Shown here: one piece after another, positions 14,363 through 28,392 of the stretch
How positions within the stretch are numbered: position 1 is the stretch's first letter
How the letters are laid out: every line of letters begins with the position of its first letter
NCBI GenBank assembly: GCA_965287045.1
Contig: OZ336880.1
Coordinates: forward strand, 42,904,001-42,968,000
DNA: 64,000 nucleotides
DNA from: Carcharhinus amblyrhynchos
Taxonomy: Eukaryota
Reading direction: 5' to 3'
Position numbers and translations under genes: made by a program
Notes under the pieces: generated by a model
The model's database searches: none
What the model saw: only the letters and a program-made list of their open reading frames with translations
What the model was told of the DNA's origin: nothing

Positions 14363-15917
14363 CTAGATATAATGGTTATATGTAGCCATGGAAAGCTGTG
14401 TTGAGCGTCGATAGATATAAATATGCAAGTTGATTGATTGTGATTGATATTATATGTGACGTTGTGAATTTTGAATGATATAACAGTTCAGAAATCATGA
14501 TGTTGTTTACTTTTATGTTCTGTGCTTCCCTTGTTTGCCTATTCGATATTTATGTGACAAATTACACAGTGAAAGAACTTGAAAATAATTAAGATTCTGA
14601 ATTTAAAACATCTGAATTATGAATTGTAACCAGTGCCTACTAATACGTGTTGCTGGATAGGTTAAATATTGATAAATTACATGACTAAATGAATATGAGA
14701 CGTTATCAATTGACCTTGGTGGTAACTGCGGTTAAAAGTAGACTGCTTTTCAAGGAGATAGGTGTTGCACAAAAGTCAAAGTCATATACTGCTTACAGCT
14801 TCTTTTAGCATTTATATGCTCTGGTCATTTAGACTGTGCCTTGGAAAAGACACTATTTGCCGCTGATTAATTGCTACTTATTGGGGCTTTTCGCACACAT
14901 TGTAACTGAGTTTCAGTGACCTCTGTTTGACCAAATATTACAAAATATTTTGAAAAGTTCGTTCAGTTTCACTTTTCGTGGATGGTTGTAGAAGAGAAAG
15001 GAGGCTCCATTACGCTCAACTGTCATAGTGGACGGGGCAGACTTTTTTTTTGGGGGGGTGGGGTGTTATTATGAATTATAACTTTGCATAACATGGGCCA
15101 GGCCAAAACACCTACACGACAGGATGCTGTGTCCACGCAGAGACGAAAATGTGACTTCTTTTAGTTAAAACAGATGAATTATGACAACATTTTGAAACCT
15201 TATCCATAATAAGGATGCACCACTGCTCGAGAATATAATTACTTCCAACCGTACTACTGGACGTTTTGTTTATTTTTGTTGTTTTACTGTTACATATGCG
15301 GGGGTATCTTTTAGCTGGCATGAATTCAATTCTGGTTTGACAAACCAACGTGGGCCGTTATTCCACACAAACATCAACCACTGCAACGCGATTTCGAATG
15401 TTTTGAACATATTAATGAATGTGGCAAAACTATATTTTTGTGGCGCCTATACGGAAAAAGAGTTACAGTGGAAATCTCAATGCAAGTACTAAGAGATAAA
15501 TGTTCGGGAGAGTTTCTGAACATTTTCTTTATTCAGCATCGTAGGAAGCAGAGCAAGTACATATTGAGTTGAAAATTAGGCAACGTCTGAAGCTGAGTAA
15601 ATGAACAACGTCTATGTACTATCATTAGAGGTAATGGCTGAAATGTCACTTCTGTGAAGGTGTAAGGGTGGGAGAAAACTGGGGTTTACAGGCATCGTTC
15701 ATGATCCTAAAATCTATACGTTCTGAGAATTGATGCAAAAGTTACCCCCGTAGTAATTGGAGTAGTTCATACGTGAGAAACTATTTCAACTGGCTTTAAC
15801 TAGAGGGTGTCTGTGTTGAAACACATAGAAAAGGCGAAGGGTAGGATTGAGTCCAAAAGGTCAAGGGTTTAGAGGTCAGTCCTCCAGGCTGAAATACAGC
15901 TAATCGAATAGAAAATT

Positions 15918-15934
15918 TGTCCTCTTGGTGAACC
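15918..15934 (-). promoter_or_regulatory. HoxD4 3' neural-enhancer DR5 RARE
   Basis: Minus strand GGTTCA-CCAAG-AGGACA about 2.5 kb 3' of the HoxD4 stop; fits the Hox4 3' RARE type (RGTTCA-n5-AGGACA). Confidence 0.88.
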
Positions 15935-18450
15935 TGTTTCTACAGTTTAGCCGAACTTCAGTAAAAATACCTTTTCAGCTTCTCAACATGAAGGCGTCAG
16001 AAAAGGACATCTTTGCTTCGCGTGAATCTTAGCGTTTTGTGCTGATGACAATGATTTAAATGGCATAGAGAATATCACTCATTTATAATATCAAGACGTG
16101 GATATATTATAGTAATGTCATGTGCAAGTCTGAGAACTACACGGCTTATCCTATAAAGAACAAAGCATCTTGGAATTCGCCTTTTCAAACAGCCCATGTC
16201 CAGCTAAGCCAGCTGCAAGCTTGCAGGGCAGTAAAGGGACAGGAAAGAGAGCTGCACCGACAACTTTCTTTTGTTACTGAATGCTACAAAATCGAGTTTG
16301 AGCATCGAAATTCCTCGGAAATAGATTTTCTTGACTTCTTGCATTTTGACGGAATTCTGGCATTTCCATCTAAATTGCTGCGTGATTGCGAATAATGATT
16401 TCCTGAGAGTTGGCTTGGCACGGTTTCCTTTTAGCGGATTAGCTAGCCCATTAACACGATACCCTCCGGACTTTTTTCTCCCTTTAAATACACAGCCTTT
16501 CTACCGATAGCTTCGATTATTTTAAGGCAATATTGTGGACACTCGCCATCTTTCTTTTCCAAAGCTCCAGTTTTGCGGGTGGCAGAAAAATCAAATGACC
16601 GAAATCTAAGTCATCTCACATTTGTTCGCGCGGTTTTAGTAATGTGTGAGGAGATAGCCCTCAATTGTAATCACACAACTAAACACAATCGCTCGCCGTT
16701 CCCCCCCCCCCGCCTCATGATTATCCGAATTCAGAGAAAACACGCTTCATTTTGAGAAGGCTGTACATTCAAATGTTGGGCAATTCCTCACACAATAATA
16801 ACTTACATTAACTGTGCCCGGGAGAGTTTCTTGAGCATTAAAAAATGTATCTTTATGTTTAACTTATGGAGTAATGTTATCATGAAAACAGTAAGGCATG
16901 TTCGAATAGCTAATGAGCTTTTCCTTCGGGGCACCAAAAAGACTTCATTCCATTTAAATATCTGGATATCTTGCAATGAATGGTCGGTTTAAAACATCGC
17001 ATAAAGGAACTGAATGTGAAATGTCCATGACATACCAATGTGCCACTGATTGATATCGTGAGAATATTGGCACAGTGCATCCAGTCCTGTGTTTCAGGAA
17101 GTTCTGACTCGTTTCGCCTGCTTGTAACAACATAACATTAGCTTCCTTCAAACTGCCAGAAACAAGAATCTTCAGCAATTTGTGTTTAGGTGTAAATTAC
17201 CTAATTGAAGAGCCTCTCGGCTATTGTCCCTGTCCCTCTAAATCAAGCACCAGTGTGTCTTTACAGATTAATAGGCTGGTAAAAAAAAACGAACAGGCTC
17301 TTCACAAAGCAAAATATACACGGTGTGGAGAGTTTCTGTTTCTAAACTGTGTACCTTGTAGCATTGTTGTTCGCTCATCCGTTCTGGAGAAAATCGAAAG
17401 GAAACGCATTCCCACTTGTAATACTAAACGTTCACAGATTGGTGTAACCAACTTACTCATTTATCAACTAACAACCCGAGAAACAGAGTTTAACAAGCAT
17501 CCTGAACACAAAGTACTGTTGCAATATTTCACTAACCGCATTTCTCTTTCAGAAACCTTGCTTTAGATTACATCGGTTGGTGTCGTTTCCTAATTTGATA
17601 TTGAATTGGAGACACTAGATTTTTTGGCATTTTGTATTGTTGCATGTAAGGTCTATTTTCATGACATTTGCACACGATAGCGTCGCAACAGGAGCGGTCG
17701 TCACACACAAGATTCCATGTGCAGATACCGAAAAAGGAAAACCACTCACGCTATTTAGCTTATTACTACTAAATTTATTTTTGAACTTTAGTAGTGCGTA
17801 CGAATTTTGGTATCGTTCTTGAACATAAAAATGTATGCAATCTTGCATTGTAGACTTGTAACAATAATCCATCCAGCAGCACAATTACAAATACCATTTT
17901 CTCATTTTAAATAAAGAAACCACATAACACTATCTAATTCCTGATCACTATAAATCTCAAATACCAACACAACATACACAAAGAGATGGAATCGCAAAAA
18001 TGCACATTACAAGCAAAATAGCTGTGGAAATCAGAAATTACCACAACAAATCACTGGGCCTTCATTGTAAAATAAAAGACCATGAACAAGCGTCGGAGCC
18101 TTTCATTTTCATGCGAGCAGACTACACATGTATCTTCCTGGAGTGTACACCTCGCCATGTCTTCAAGGTCTTAATGCCTCGCACTTGTTAAGGTTACTAA
18201 GGTGTACTGCATGATAAGAATAGCCACTGACTAAAATCGCAATGGTTTCAGCTGCAGCTAAGGTGACTTTCTCCTTTTTTATTGTTTCATTTCCTACATT
18301 TAAGAACAAAGGTGAGGCACAAGACAAGGTCCCTTCAATGCCATAAAAATCAGCAGGAAAGCACCTACAAGCCATGTTATCGGTACATGCAATTTCTGCC
18401 TGGAAATGTCTCATTATATACACTTAAAGAGCCACTTAGAAGAAGTGTTT

Positions 18451-18761
18451 CTATAAACTTGTGAGGTCTGTTTGTTGGTCCTTGGAAACAGTTTGTAACT
18501 GTTGATTGGAAGTCGAGGAAGAACCAGAGGATCTGGTCTTTGTGTTAGGCAGTTTGTGATCTTTTTTCCACTTCATTCTTCTGTTCTGAAACCAAATTTT
18601 GATCTGGCGTTCGGAAAGACATAAAGTGTGAGCTATTTCAATCCGACGTCGTCGTGTCAGATACCTGTTAAAATGGAATTCCTTTTCCAGTTCTAAAACC
18701 TGCTGCCTTGTGTAGGCAGTTCGTGAACGTTTTGGTTCCCCTCCTGTGTAATTAGGGTTCA
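18451..18761 (-). CDS. hoxd4: HoxD4 exon 2 (homeodomain)
   Basis: Acceptor ttttcag|TG; [75 protein letters not shown]...DLTSL, TAG at 18451-18453. Confidence 0.97.
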
Positions 18762-19013
18762 CTGAAAAACAAAACAATTCAAAAACCATTCAAATCTGCA
18801 CCTAAAGTTTGTCAGCCGCTTTCACCAGTCAGCCCTAGAGGCAACGCCTGCACCGTAATAGTATCTCTGCTAGGAAGTTCAAATAGATATATATATATTG
18901 TTACTAAGGATCACTTTAAAGTTCTTACGGAATTGGGGATATAACATGTCCCTGTTACTCTCAGGCTCGAGTTTTCACATGGAGTCAGCCACATGGCCAG
19001 CGGCCTATTTCCT

Positions 19014-19044
19014 CAGCAATAAAAATTTATGATGGGTGTAATTG
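19014..19044 (-). promoter_or_regulatory. HB-1-type homeodomain-binding element in the HoxD4 intron
   Basis: Minus strand CAATTACACCCATCATAAATTTTTATTGC: TAAT, TTTAT and TTTAT cores in the arrangement known from Hox4 introns. Confidence 0.75.
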
Positions 19045-19220
19045 CTGGTCTTTTTAAAAACCGCTCATAAATCCTCCCTTGAAGGAGTTATTTACGGTAG
19101 ACCTGTATCAATGGGTCACAAATATTTGCCAGGGATGGCGATGCAGCATGGGGGGTGGGGAGGGGAGGTAGAGGAGGGGGAGGTGGGGGGGCGAAAGGGA
19201 AACCAAAAAGTGGATCTTAC

Positions 19221-19632
19221 CCGTGTTAACGTGGATTTTCTTCATCCAAGGATAAACCACTGCTGGTTGTTTGGTTGCTGTGCCGTTTTGACTCTTTGGA
19301 TTATGTTGCTGCTGGCTGCAAGGCCGGCCTATGGACACTTGGAGCGGTGCAACGGGCTCCCCCTGCCCTGTGAGGTGGTTCTGAGGAGCGGGCTGTGCCT
19401 GCAGATGACCCCTCTGCTGCACTGGAGAGCCCCGAGCGTTGCTGCAGCTGTACGACTGGCCGCTGTAGTTTGACCGTGGATAGATTCCTTGGTGCTGAAA
19501 TTCTGAATCCTGCGACTGGCTGTAATACTCTGAGCAGTGGTCAGGTATGTAGTTATTTTGCGAGTATTCCTCGCAAGGTGGAAATTTGGGATCCACATAT
19601 TTAGTGTTCATCAAATACGAACTCATGGTCAT
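19221..19632 (-). CDS. hoxd4: HoxD4 exon 1
   Basis: [25 protein letters not shown]...[13 protein letters not shown]; donor G|GTAAGA. Spliced CDS 412+311 = 723 nt, 240 aa. Confidence 0.97.
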
Positions 19633-19812
19633 TAATTTCTGAAGGTGGAAAATACTAATTTTTCTCCAGTTGTCTTTTTTTCCCGTTCCATAAAGCCCTC
19701 CTACTTGCTGTCAACTGAATAAAGTTAGTCACCCATGTGACCGTGCGAGCCAATGGCGTGGCCGGGCCCGATTCCCGGATAAGGAAACAGCTAATGACAA
19801 TTTTTTACAAAC
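19633..19812 (-). promoter_or_regulatory. HoxD4 proximal promoter / 5'UTR block
   Basis: Minus strand GCCATTGGCTCGCACGGTCACATGG (CCAAT plus E-box), TTGACAG (Meis-type), TTTATGG, and AGAAATTAATG start context typical of PG4. Confidence 0.7.
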
Positions 19813-20980
19813 TTCGTCCAGAAAACCTTGATTTAAAAATAAATTTAAAAACTGCAAGGTCTTGATTTTCTCCCCCCAGCAGCCACTAAGTAATTGAAAC
19901 TGGTTCCGGAAAATACATACAGTTGAGTTTCCCATTTGGAGAGAATAATTGTTCACTCACTGAGCGCCGAATATTGCTCAGGTAATTTGCTCTTTTGTTA
20001 AAAGACAGATTTCCACCATTCCTTGCCGCTTTTCAAATAAATCAAGGAGAGCAAACTCATTCGGCATGTTGGTGTTTGTTGTTGCAGCTTTTTCCCCGGG
20101 AGCAGCAGGACAATAGCGAGGGTTCCTGGAGAAACGGCCAGTAGTCCAACGCACGCAGGGTGACAAAGGAATCATCCAGTTAGCCAAAAAAAGGAATAAC
20201 GGAGCTGAGGGAAATAATTACAGCCATTACCGATGCAGAAAGATCTTTTGGACAAAGTTATTCAAAGGCAAACATGGGCCTAGTTCAATGTAGTCAGAAC
20301 AAGGCATTCCGTATCACATAAAGCACTTTGCCTGTGTTGCTTAAGGACATTGCCAGATCAAAAATACTTTGTTTCTAAAGTTGAAACATTTGCAAGACTG
20401 GGGTATAAGTTTTCTATCTGATGGCCGAAACATTTATGCTGCCATTTTTTCACAATTCGTTTTTCTCTTCTCACATTCACTCACATCTCTTATCTCCCTA
20501 AACTATTCCAATAACTCACTCTCCTATTTGTAACGTGTACAATTCAACTTTAAGTTTTGAACTGAGCCGCATTCTAGATCGATTTAATTCCTAAGCTCTA
20601 AAGTGATACGAAAACCGCCAGCCAATCTTTGTAGATAATTTATCGTCATCGCCATGGAAACAGGCAGCTTGAGAAAGAAATACTTAAGTTTCAGTAATCT
20701 TAGATTTCCGGAGAGTAAATCCGGAAGTTTAGAAACGACTGCATTCTCAATAACGATCAGGAAATCAACACGTTAACCATCACAGTTCGATTGCAAAACA
20801 GAAGTAAAATAATCCATTCAGTTTTGAGCGGCGAGATCTAAAAGCCTACTCAATATTGAAAACTGGATTCAAAACAAAAAGAGACCATTCCCAATTAAAT
20901 CTTTCAGTATGACTTAGAACTTCATCAATCTAAACAGTAAAGGCCACGGAGAGCAAACTGCTGATTTTCGTAGTGTTGGC

Positions 20981-21062
20981 ATCGACCATAGACTCCCCTA
21001 GAAACGAATCTGTGACAGAAACATCACACAAATTCGGTTCTACAGGGTATATATAGACGACG
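20981..21062 (-). ncRNA. mir-10b: miR-10b precursor hairpin
   Basis: Mature UACCCUGUAGAACCGAAUUUGUG at 21049-21027; complementary 3p arm ACAGAUUCGUUUCUAGGGGAGU at about 21013-20992; canonical position between Hox5 and Hox4. Confidence 0.98.
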
Positions 21063-22670
21063 GGTTGCAAACAAATTCGGTGACTAATTACAATATGGGA
21101 AAGTGGTTTAAAAGCTCCAAGGGGTTCATGGCGTGCAATATTAATAACTAAAAAATAAAATTCAGACACAGCGATTGTTAAACAATTTAATTGTTTGGGC
21201 ATTGGGAAAAAACATAGAAGTCGTTCTTTTATAACTGGTAGCTGATAGCAAACATTTCTACGTGCGTTGTTCGGCAGTGACAGCAACATGAATCAGCGTG
21301 CAGAGTTGGTTTGTGCATACAGTCTACAAGGCAGAAGTTATCATTTGTTACTGTGCTTATGAACCCTTCGTATTTCACAAAGATTTTATAGGAAACAGTT
21401 TGTACCGATCCGCTCCAGCTAACATTACTAAGTGCCCCAGCGTGAATCAATAATTGCTCCAGATGCTAATAATTTGAACTCACCACTAACAAACCGCAGG
21501 ATGTTATAACAAATATCGCCCGGCCTAAACAATTCCTAAATCTAATCAAAAAGAAGTTATACATGATAATGTAAATATTGGTTTATTTCAAAGTGCTCTC
21601 CATTCAGTGCTACTTTCAAGAAATGATAGCAGCCCAGGAAAAAAATAACGATTGTTTGTTCTATTCTAATCTCTTCCTCGGAGCTGGATCAAATAATAAA
21701 TGCTGGCAGAGTGTTTCGAAATCTAATTACCATCAATTGGATCGCCATATGCAAGGAAAAAATGCATATTATTTAATCTGCCAACTAACTAGGATTCCCT
21801 TTGCCTCGAACAAGTCTAAGGTGGTTTCTCAACTCTCGTGCATTGTAGATTCCTTACTCTGCTCTCCACACTGTCCCCGCAGTGCCACCGCGTTGTGTGT
21901 TAAAGGCTGAAGGGCACGGGGTCAGACTGAAATCATTTACAAACACCTCGGAAAGTTGCATTATTATTTTCACTTTAGCGAGCGCCGCGCGCCTGACCTT
22001 TCGCAAGTGTGTGAATCTTTCCCAACTTACTGAGTTTACAGTAATTCTGCCCTTGTGCCTCTAGTTAGAATAACGCACGCGAGTGGCCAAGAACAAATAT
22101 AAACCTTCGGCAACGAAAAAAAGTAAGTGTATTGAACAGTACAAAGGTTAGACTGAAATGTTTTGAGCTGCACTGATTAACAAAGTAAAACGGAAACTGT
22201 ACTTTCTGCCACGAAATGGGACTGTTCACTTTGTTTCTCTGCTGCTTCTGTCCAGCACAACAAAGGTTTCGTTTTACCGACGTTTTATTGCAGAGCAACT
22301 AAACTAATCCTTTACAAATGTTCAGCCTTGTGTTTAATCCTTGAGTAAATTGCTGCTTTGATTATTTTACCTTCTGTTAAAAAGAATCATTACGTCGCTA
22401 AAAGTTTGGTCTTGTTTACCTGTGATTTTTTTTCGTTTGCCCCAGTGCATTAGGAAAGAGAAAAAAAAACTAAACAGTTTTCGACAACCAATGACACCAA
22501 CGAAATGCACCGGCAGTGAATTCAGCTTTAAAAAAAGCCTTTTTGCAAAAAAAACCCCAGATACCGTTACATCATCCGCTAATTGGAAAGCCAAATCTCT
22601 TTTACTGCTCAAATTATCGCAGATTGTGAAGCTGATTGGTGCTACACATTTTAATATTTGTTAGACGCTG

Positions 22671-22687
22671 TGACCTGCATTTCACCT
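22671..22687 (-). promoter_or_regulatory. HoxD4 5' DR5 RARE
   Basis: Minus strand AGGTGA-AATGC-AGGTCA, the sequence I recall for the Hoxd4 5' RARE, about 3 kb upstream of the ATG. Confidence 0.9.
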
Positions 22688-25600
22688 TACTGCTCGACTC
22701 GTTCAGACAGGTCAATGCCAAAGAGTTATTGATGAACAAACCCGATTAAAATTCACCTCTTTTTTAACTGCCCACACAAGTGCTGCGACTTTTGATCTAG
22801 CAGATTTTGACCTAGAGAATGTCAATGCAAAGTAAGTGTTTGGGAAGTGAACCCTATATTTATTCATAGATTCAGTTGTTCAATGAAAGCTATTATTGCC
22901 ATGAGCCTGCTCAGGGCCTTCCTGCGTATAAACACAACGATTTAAAAAACAAAATTGAATTTTTAAAAAGTTCACCTTTCCAGTGACCCAGAAAGCCATT
23001 TTCTTGCAGGAGTCCACTCAGCATAAGGAAGGCTGTTTTGCTTTTCAGTAGCAATTACCCTTGATTACTTATCAACGCCTAGAGATTCACATTGTAAAAC
23101 TTAGTGCTGACACGAAGGATCCATTGCGCTGGCCCATTGCTTTGCCAATACCGGCTAAACATTATCTGGATCTATTTAAAGTGAGTTCTTGTTTGACGTT
23201 TATCTCGTGGCATAATTAGGCCGTTACTCGGAGGGCAATAGAATCGGATATTATGGGTAAATATAGACGAGTATCTGTAAATGTCTGCATTTGATATCCT
23301 TATGAATGCTTATAATTAGCTGAGGTGAAGGAGCAATGGCAGACTAAGGTGAAAAGAAACATTGACGGTCCCTGGTGTGAGAGGACAGAATATTTCTAGT
23401 TCTGGCTTGCGAGAGCCAGATTGTAATTCAAGATGTTTTACTGTCCCTTTTGCAATAAAGATCTGACACTGTCTAATTTGACGTGCGATTTTGGTTACTT
23501 TATTGTATTGCGATATTATTAACTTTTCCTTAAATGTATAGTTTTAATGTATTATCTTCATGAACCTATTGATAGAATATTTTATTTACTGTACCTTTCA
23601 TAGTTAACAAAATGCAAGAAACTTTTGAATAATGCTTCAATTTAAAAAATGAAATTTTGCAATAAGTAATATCTATCAAGAACCTGGCGGACTATTGCAA
23701 AAACATTTTTTATCATAAAAGGTAAGCCTAACCAATACATAACACAATAAAGGAAAAGCTGTGCTTTAGTTAAATGAATAGCTAATCTGATGCTCTGGCA
23801 GCCATAAGGCTTGATTTTTGGCCTACATGTTTACAGTGACTGTGATATCTGGAGAGCTTTAACATTTCCTTTCGCCCACACGCTTCTGTTGGCTCAATAA
23901 GTGTACGCTTTAAATATCTGCTGTAATTATTGACACGTCATTCGACAAAGTGATTTTACAGATGTTTTTGAAACCGGAACAATAATTTTCCTGCAAATGA
24001 CCTTTTACAGATGCAGCCTTGCACTGGGAGGCGCTGTGTAGTACATTACCAGTTCAAAATAACAACCCAACTAAATCTGACTGGATATATACCGTCACAG
24101 TTAAACACAAACATTAACTGCTTTTACTCTGTACCTAGACGTACCCTAAGCCTTTCAGGGAAACTGAATGTAACAGCATCATTTCTCCCATGCAGTTATA
24201 CAAATTGAGCAGAATGTCAGGAAGAAAGAAAGTTGTGCACAATTGTTACTCGAATCCTGTTAGAATCCACGTAACCACTCCCTTTAGGCCCACAATGTGA
24301 CCGTCTCATTTTCCATATAGACCACATTCGAAACTAACATCCGCTCCCAACTATTCGCCAAACATTTAAGAAATAACACACAGCTACTTACGGAAGAGCC
24401 TCTTCCATTCTGCGAGATCTGCAATTAAATAAAATCGAAGTTAGATTCAACAGTTCGGATTCAGCGAATCACACAATAAAGATAGAAATCAGTGGAATTA
24501 CTTTCCGGTTCAAACTAATGTTAAAGTAACTGTAATATTTTTAACTTCGCAAGTTCAGGTAAGTGGTCTTCATGACTATTTTCAAAGACAAAGATGCGAC
24601 CGACAATATAATTTATGCTACAGTTAGAACTGTATTTTTACGTGCAGCACTTTAAGCAAAAATTCGACCATTTATATACGGCGAATCATCACTAGTTTCA
24701 TTTTACACTGTTTAAGCACAGGAAAGCCTTGTGATATCACATATTCTAGGCAAACAACAGTTTCAATATTGGTTTTACATTGCTTTGGCCGTCTCTGACA
24801 ATACAAATTTTCTCCTCTCACGAGTTAATGTGACCATTCAGTGTACTTTTAAAATTTATCTATATGCATAAAACGTCGATTTGTAATGTTAAGCGACATT
24901 AATGAAAAAAAAGTCCTCTGTGGGCTGATACCCACTCTCAAATACGTTCTCGAATATGTTGGCAGGTATTTTCTTGAGGTTGTGTTTACTATTCTCTTCA
25001 AATGCGGATTTTATTGAACATTTAGAGCAGAGAGAAAAAATCTCGTGGTGTTACTCAGCCTCGTTAACTTCGAATAATTTCGAAACCTTTATTTTTCATT
25101 TCTTAAAAAGTTTATCTCTTAAATTCTGCATTAAAGTTGGCCAAAGAGGGCAGGGCATACTGGCGTTTTATCTTATAAAATAAATCCGAATTGTGTATGA
25201 ATGTGCTGTTCACATTTTCTGTTGTCAGTGTCAACAATCTTCATCTGGGCTCCTTGTATAGAGCCTGCCCCTGTCATGTTTAGTATTTATTCATTTTCTT
25301 TTGCATTAATATGGCATTTTGGTTCCCATTTCGCACTGTTTAAGATTTCATAGTTCCCCCACCCCTCCCCCCGAAACGTTGTCATACCATTCTACAAATT
25401 TCAGCAACATGAATGTAGCCCATAAGTAATATCAATGTGTAACTAAAAAAAAATTAATAGGGTTAATTCATTTCCTATTGCCTCACTATTTGCGGGACAC
25501 AAAAGGACTGAAATGGGAATTCCGAACTAGTTCTCACCAACTGCACTGAGTGTTCTGACTCCGTTTATTGAAAAAAAGGATATTTTTCAGCAGATATTTG

Positions 25601-26264
25601 GAGAAAATGAAAATGCATTATGCAGCACATTGTTCGCCATTGTTCTATATTTCTATTCCAAATTGCTCGCAACTCTGAACAAAACCCTGATACCTATAAC
25701 CGAACAAATTAGCTGAAAGTTATTATGCAATCTCAGCAAATTAATCCAGGTTGAGCAAGGAATGTGCTGGAAATGTTTGATTTTTCTTTAAACTTGCAGA
25801 ATTATTCCTTGAATTAGGCCATATCTCCCAAAGTATATTTCAATCAAACTCTCAAACTATACAGAAACAATTTATATCCTGCACATTGCTTAGTTCTCCG
25901 ACCTCAATTTAAAAAAATCGATTTTCAACGTATGGAAGTGTTACATATTAGGGAGGGCTGTGCAGTAAATATCTTTCAGAGCTGGCTGAATAAAATGACT
26001 TATCCAACACACGTGACCAAGCTGCATGAAAGCTTCTTGTTTTTTTAAAGCACCCTACTTACACTAGGTTTATTTCTGAATTTTTCATTTCACTGTTTAA
26101 AAGCATTACGACACACAACATTCTTCACGATTAAGCATTTGAAATTGTCGTTGGAAATTTAGTAGCATGTATAATTTATCATTAGTTTCGAATATTGCAA
26201 TATCATTTTCATAACTGAAATATATTATATATCTAAAACTGGTATCTGTTGAAACTGAACTCAC

Positions 26265-26672
26265 GTCGTACTGTGCTTTCTACTTTTTGGCTGGCCAAGG
26301 AAATAGTGCATGCGCCCAGGAGGCCCGAATGACATCAGGTGTCACGGATTCACCAGCTCTGCAACCGATTAGAACGAACTTGCTGCTTTTCCAGCGTAAA
26401 GGGACTAGGACACTAGGATACTGCCAATACACAGCCGTGGAACAGGACAGCTTGCTTCTTGGTGTCACTTTCCACAGGCCCTATCAAAAACACCAACCCA
26501 TCTGCACTTGTCTGCTCTTAACCTAATATATGATGTGAATTATATTTTGGCTTGTCAACTCCCCTAACCATAAAACAAAGTTTAATGACATCACGTGCCC
26601 CTCTATAGCCAGTCAGGAACCGGCTCTGTGGCGTCCATATAAATAACCCTTAAACTTTAAAACTTTTATTCA
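26265..26672 (-). promoter_or_regulatory. Candidate distal HoxD4/miR-10b promoter with non-coding exon
   Basis: Minus strand TTATTTATATGG...GACTGGC...CACGTGATGTCATTAAAC...TTTTATGG...TTGACA, followed by donor GAC|GTGAGT (26259-26264). Confidence 0.55.
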
Positions 26673-28140
26673 CTAAAGACAGTCATGTTCATCGAAATGT
26701 TCTCCCAGTAATATAAAGCTAAACATTTGAGTGCCAAGAAGAAACGTGGTTTGGACAACAAGTTGCCTTTACTTTAAAACGCAGTTTGGGCAGTTCTTAA
26801 GCAACCACTGGGATCTGTAAGATTTGGTAAGTGTAAATACATTACATGTATACGTGAGCGATATCTTCTGCGCTAGAGTGAAATAGAAACTGGTCGATTG
26901 GGAAAGGAAGCAAGAAGCTTTTTCAACAATTACGGAGTCCTGTGACTTTGTTTTCCTATTTCTGTCGCTTCAACAGCTTTAGTCATAAGCGTTGGGTAAA
27001 AAAGTATTCTCAGTGCAGTTAAGCTGGTAAGTTATTCCATGCAGTGGAATCTAATACCAAGTTGTTCGTAAGTTCCATAGCTCTTCCAATCAAGTCCCAC
27101 CAATGGATGTATATTTGTTCAAATATTTATGTTAATATAGCAAACTCGTATTATTTTTTCATCAAGTAACAGTTTATCAAACTATACTTTGAAAATTACC
27201 GTGTCTGTAGTCTAAGCGCTGAGGTTTTTGAAGCCTGACTCATGTCCTTATTTTAATAAAGTTACTGGAATAAGTATAATCTCGGCCATTAGCTCTTACC
27301 AATAATAATATTTCTTTTTAAATTCAGAAAATGCTCAAAGACGGTTCAGCCCGAGGATCTTTTATGCTCTCTGAAACATTGGGGCTAGCATTAGGTGAAT
27401 CCGGTTGTCAAAGGAATTGATGCAAAGTGAGAAAGTGAAATGGCGTTTGGTTCTTTCACAAGTCACCAATTGTCACTGTCTTTATACTCCCATTAGAGCA
27501 AAACAAAACGCCAAGTGAAATGTTTATTGATAAATCTGAATTTATTTCAGTGTTGTAGGCAAAAAATCACTTCTTTCATGTACATAGGACAAAGCCAGAC
27601 ACTTAAACGTTATATATGTACAGAATATACATAACAAGATAGACCTGGGACCACAGCAACACTCGTGCCATACACATTCCAAGGAATAATCAAACAAAAA
27701 ACATTTTTATTGTAAAAAGAGGTGAAGAAACAATATTTATTTATGTTTATAAAACATTTTTAAATTAGAGTCTTAGCGAAGCTATAATCCGGTGTAGAAT
27801 TTGTTTGTTCACCAGCCAGATATATAGTACAAGTCCATTCTGTTCTAAGACAAGTGGCTTGCTTGGCTACATTGCGTTTGTTGACCTCTGATTTACTCTC
27901 CTACAATCTAAATTTAGACATGGATGTTAGCATCAACATACTAAAAGCATGATTCAACATATGTTGATGACAAACTGATAAATTGTATTCTCGCCTTTAT
28001 AAATTGATAGCAAGACGTTGAACCCACTCGAGAACAACATCCCATTGAGGAACACTTAATGTGGCCAAGCAACCTCTCCTATTGCAACTTAAAAAAATCA
28101 TCTGAATGGTCATCTTATATAGCCAGTTGGATGGAAGAAG

Positions 28141-28392
<252 letters not shown>

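Noticed and set aside
19042-19604. Antisense and alternative-frame ORFs over HoxD4 exon 1, and similar ones over D3, D8, D9 and D10
   Set aside because: Shadow ORFs of GC-rich coding exons with no recognisable protein features.
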